NCBI GenBank assembly: GCA_025603075.1
Contig: MU626341.1
Coordinates: 1 to 64,000 of the forward strand
Direction of reading: 5' to 3'
Length of the DNA stretch: 64,000 bases
Source: Neoconidiobolus thromboides FSU 785
Lineage: Eukaryota > Fungi > Entomophthoromycota
Under the pieces are notes generated by a model. It had not been told where the DNA came from and ran no database searches. It saw only the letters and a list, made by a program, of their open reading frames with translations. Below are positions 62,660 to 64,000 of this stretch, piece after piece (within the stretch, counting starts at the first letter, position 1; every line of letters starts with the position of its first letter). A program made the translations under genes and the position numbers.

Positions 62660-64000
62660 AGAACAAATAATGTCAGTTTACTCAAAGTTTTCAAGAAAGT
62701 AAGTGTGAATGTAAATGGTTTTATAGAAAAGGGAAATTATTTTGTTTATATAACGTTGAATAAGCTTGGTTTAATTAAAGGTTTATGGAAGAGCTATGAT
62801 TTGAGTGTTATTTGAAAGTAATAGGAGTTTATATTTTTACATTAAGTACTAGATTTAGTGTATTTATTCTAAGCTATATTAAAGTATTATATTCATATAT
62901 TCAATTATTATTAATTAAATTGAATTTGTCAACTTGTCTACAACAGGATTGTGTTTTTATTCAAAGCTATGTAAAAAGGTTATTTTCATCTCTAAATTTG
63001 TTTTTAATAAGATATGGTTTATTAGGACGTTCAAGTCAATTTCTATTATTTACTCAAAGTTATTTCAATACAGTTATTACCTATATTTACTCAATAGTAA
63101 ACAAATCTAACCTATTAAGGCATATAATTAATGGCTATGTCTATATACAAAGTTTTATTATAAACACATTCATTCGATATCTTTACTAAGTGATAATAAG
63201 CTTAATATTTTTAACTCATTTATTCAATTATAATTATTAATATTAAGTTATATTAAATTATTAAATCAATTTATTATTAATGCTCAAAGTTATTTAAGTC
63301 CACCTTATTAGTATTTTCGTTAATATTAAATGATATCAAATTATTTCAATAATTGTATCATATAATTGAACTTATGAAGAATTCTATAAATGGGCCAATT
63401 TGTTATATTTCTTATATGTTAAAGTTGGTAGATAAATTGGAAGTGAATATCAGGAGAGAGTACTAAGTATAAGTTTATTAACGAATAGATTCTTTGGAAT
63501 TTTACTTTAATAAAATAATATGAAATGTAATCTCAAATTGGCTGGTGTATTTTTTTAAATCCTTATGATTTTTTTTAAATGAGATTTAGATTACGATTTA
63601 CCTTATTTAATCATTTCAGTATTCTTATTTTAAAATTCCATGTCAGGATCAAAAATTGAAAATTTCAATATGTTTAAAAAAATTAATTTTTTCTTTAATT
63701 TTTAATTTTTAATAATTTTATGAAATGAAAAGGATCAAAAGTAAAAGGGAATTGATATTGAAATGGAAATCAAATCAGGTATATTTAACTATATTGTATT
63801 GTTTTTAGTTGATATTAAGAATAGTATTTTTTAGAATAAAGGATTAGGTTTGGATTTAAAGAGTATAGAAGAGAGGGGACTTGAAATAAAAAAAGAAAAC
63901 GAGAAAAAGGAAAATAATAATGAGAATTTTATTGATTTAAATCTCAAAGAACATAATAAGAAGACAATAGAAGGGGAGAATATTATCAATAAAAGAAATG

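Noticed and set aside
62657-62815. Simple stop-codon readthrough joining KMO to ORF 62812-63189
   Set aside because: The downstream ORF is in a different frame, so readthrough alone cannot join them.
1-64000. tRNA, rRNA, snRNA genes and telomeric arrays
   Set aside because: No cloverleaf with a T-loop consensus, no rRNA or U-snRNA signature, and no tandem telomere repeats were found by eye.

Overview
Very AT-rich (roughly 75-80% AT by eye) eukaryotic DNA with short GT-AG introns. It is fungal, and the gene-family mix (F-box/LRR paralogs, intronless class-A-like GPCRs, Zn2Cys6 factor) suggests a Conidiobolus-like entomophthoralean; this is inference, not a database result. The first ~43 kb is mostly accessory: an inverted F-box/LRR pair flanking a dead DDE transposase hit by four MITEs and a solo LTR, nine intronless small secreted-protein genes around a kinesin-4 gene, a homeobox factor, and three paralogous 7TM receptors around a Zn2Cys6 factor. 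From 43.4 kb there are compact, intron-rich housekeeping genes (p24/Erp1, uL11m, eIF4E, Ytm1, Hsp20, Kex1-like carboxypeptidase, Hem25-like carrier, kynurenine 3-monooxygenase) with a decayed patch at 50-56 kb. A ~98-bp MITE with GGG...CCC ends and 4-bp AWWT target duplications occurs about 24 times. The best candidate for a new system is a family of cysteine-free, cationic, amphipathic secreted peptides (8.5-9.4 and 22.3-24.3 kb) sharing an ungapped core and a positioned promoter motif, next to glycine-zipper and Kex2-type precursors. No tRNA, rRNA or CRISPR array was seen.
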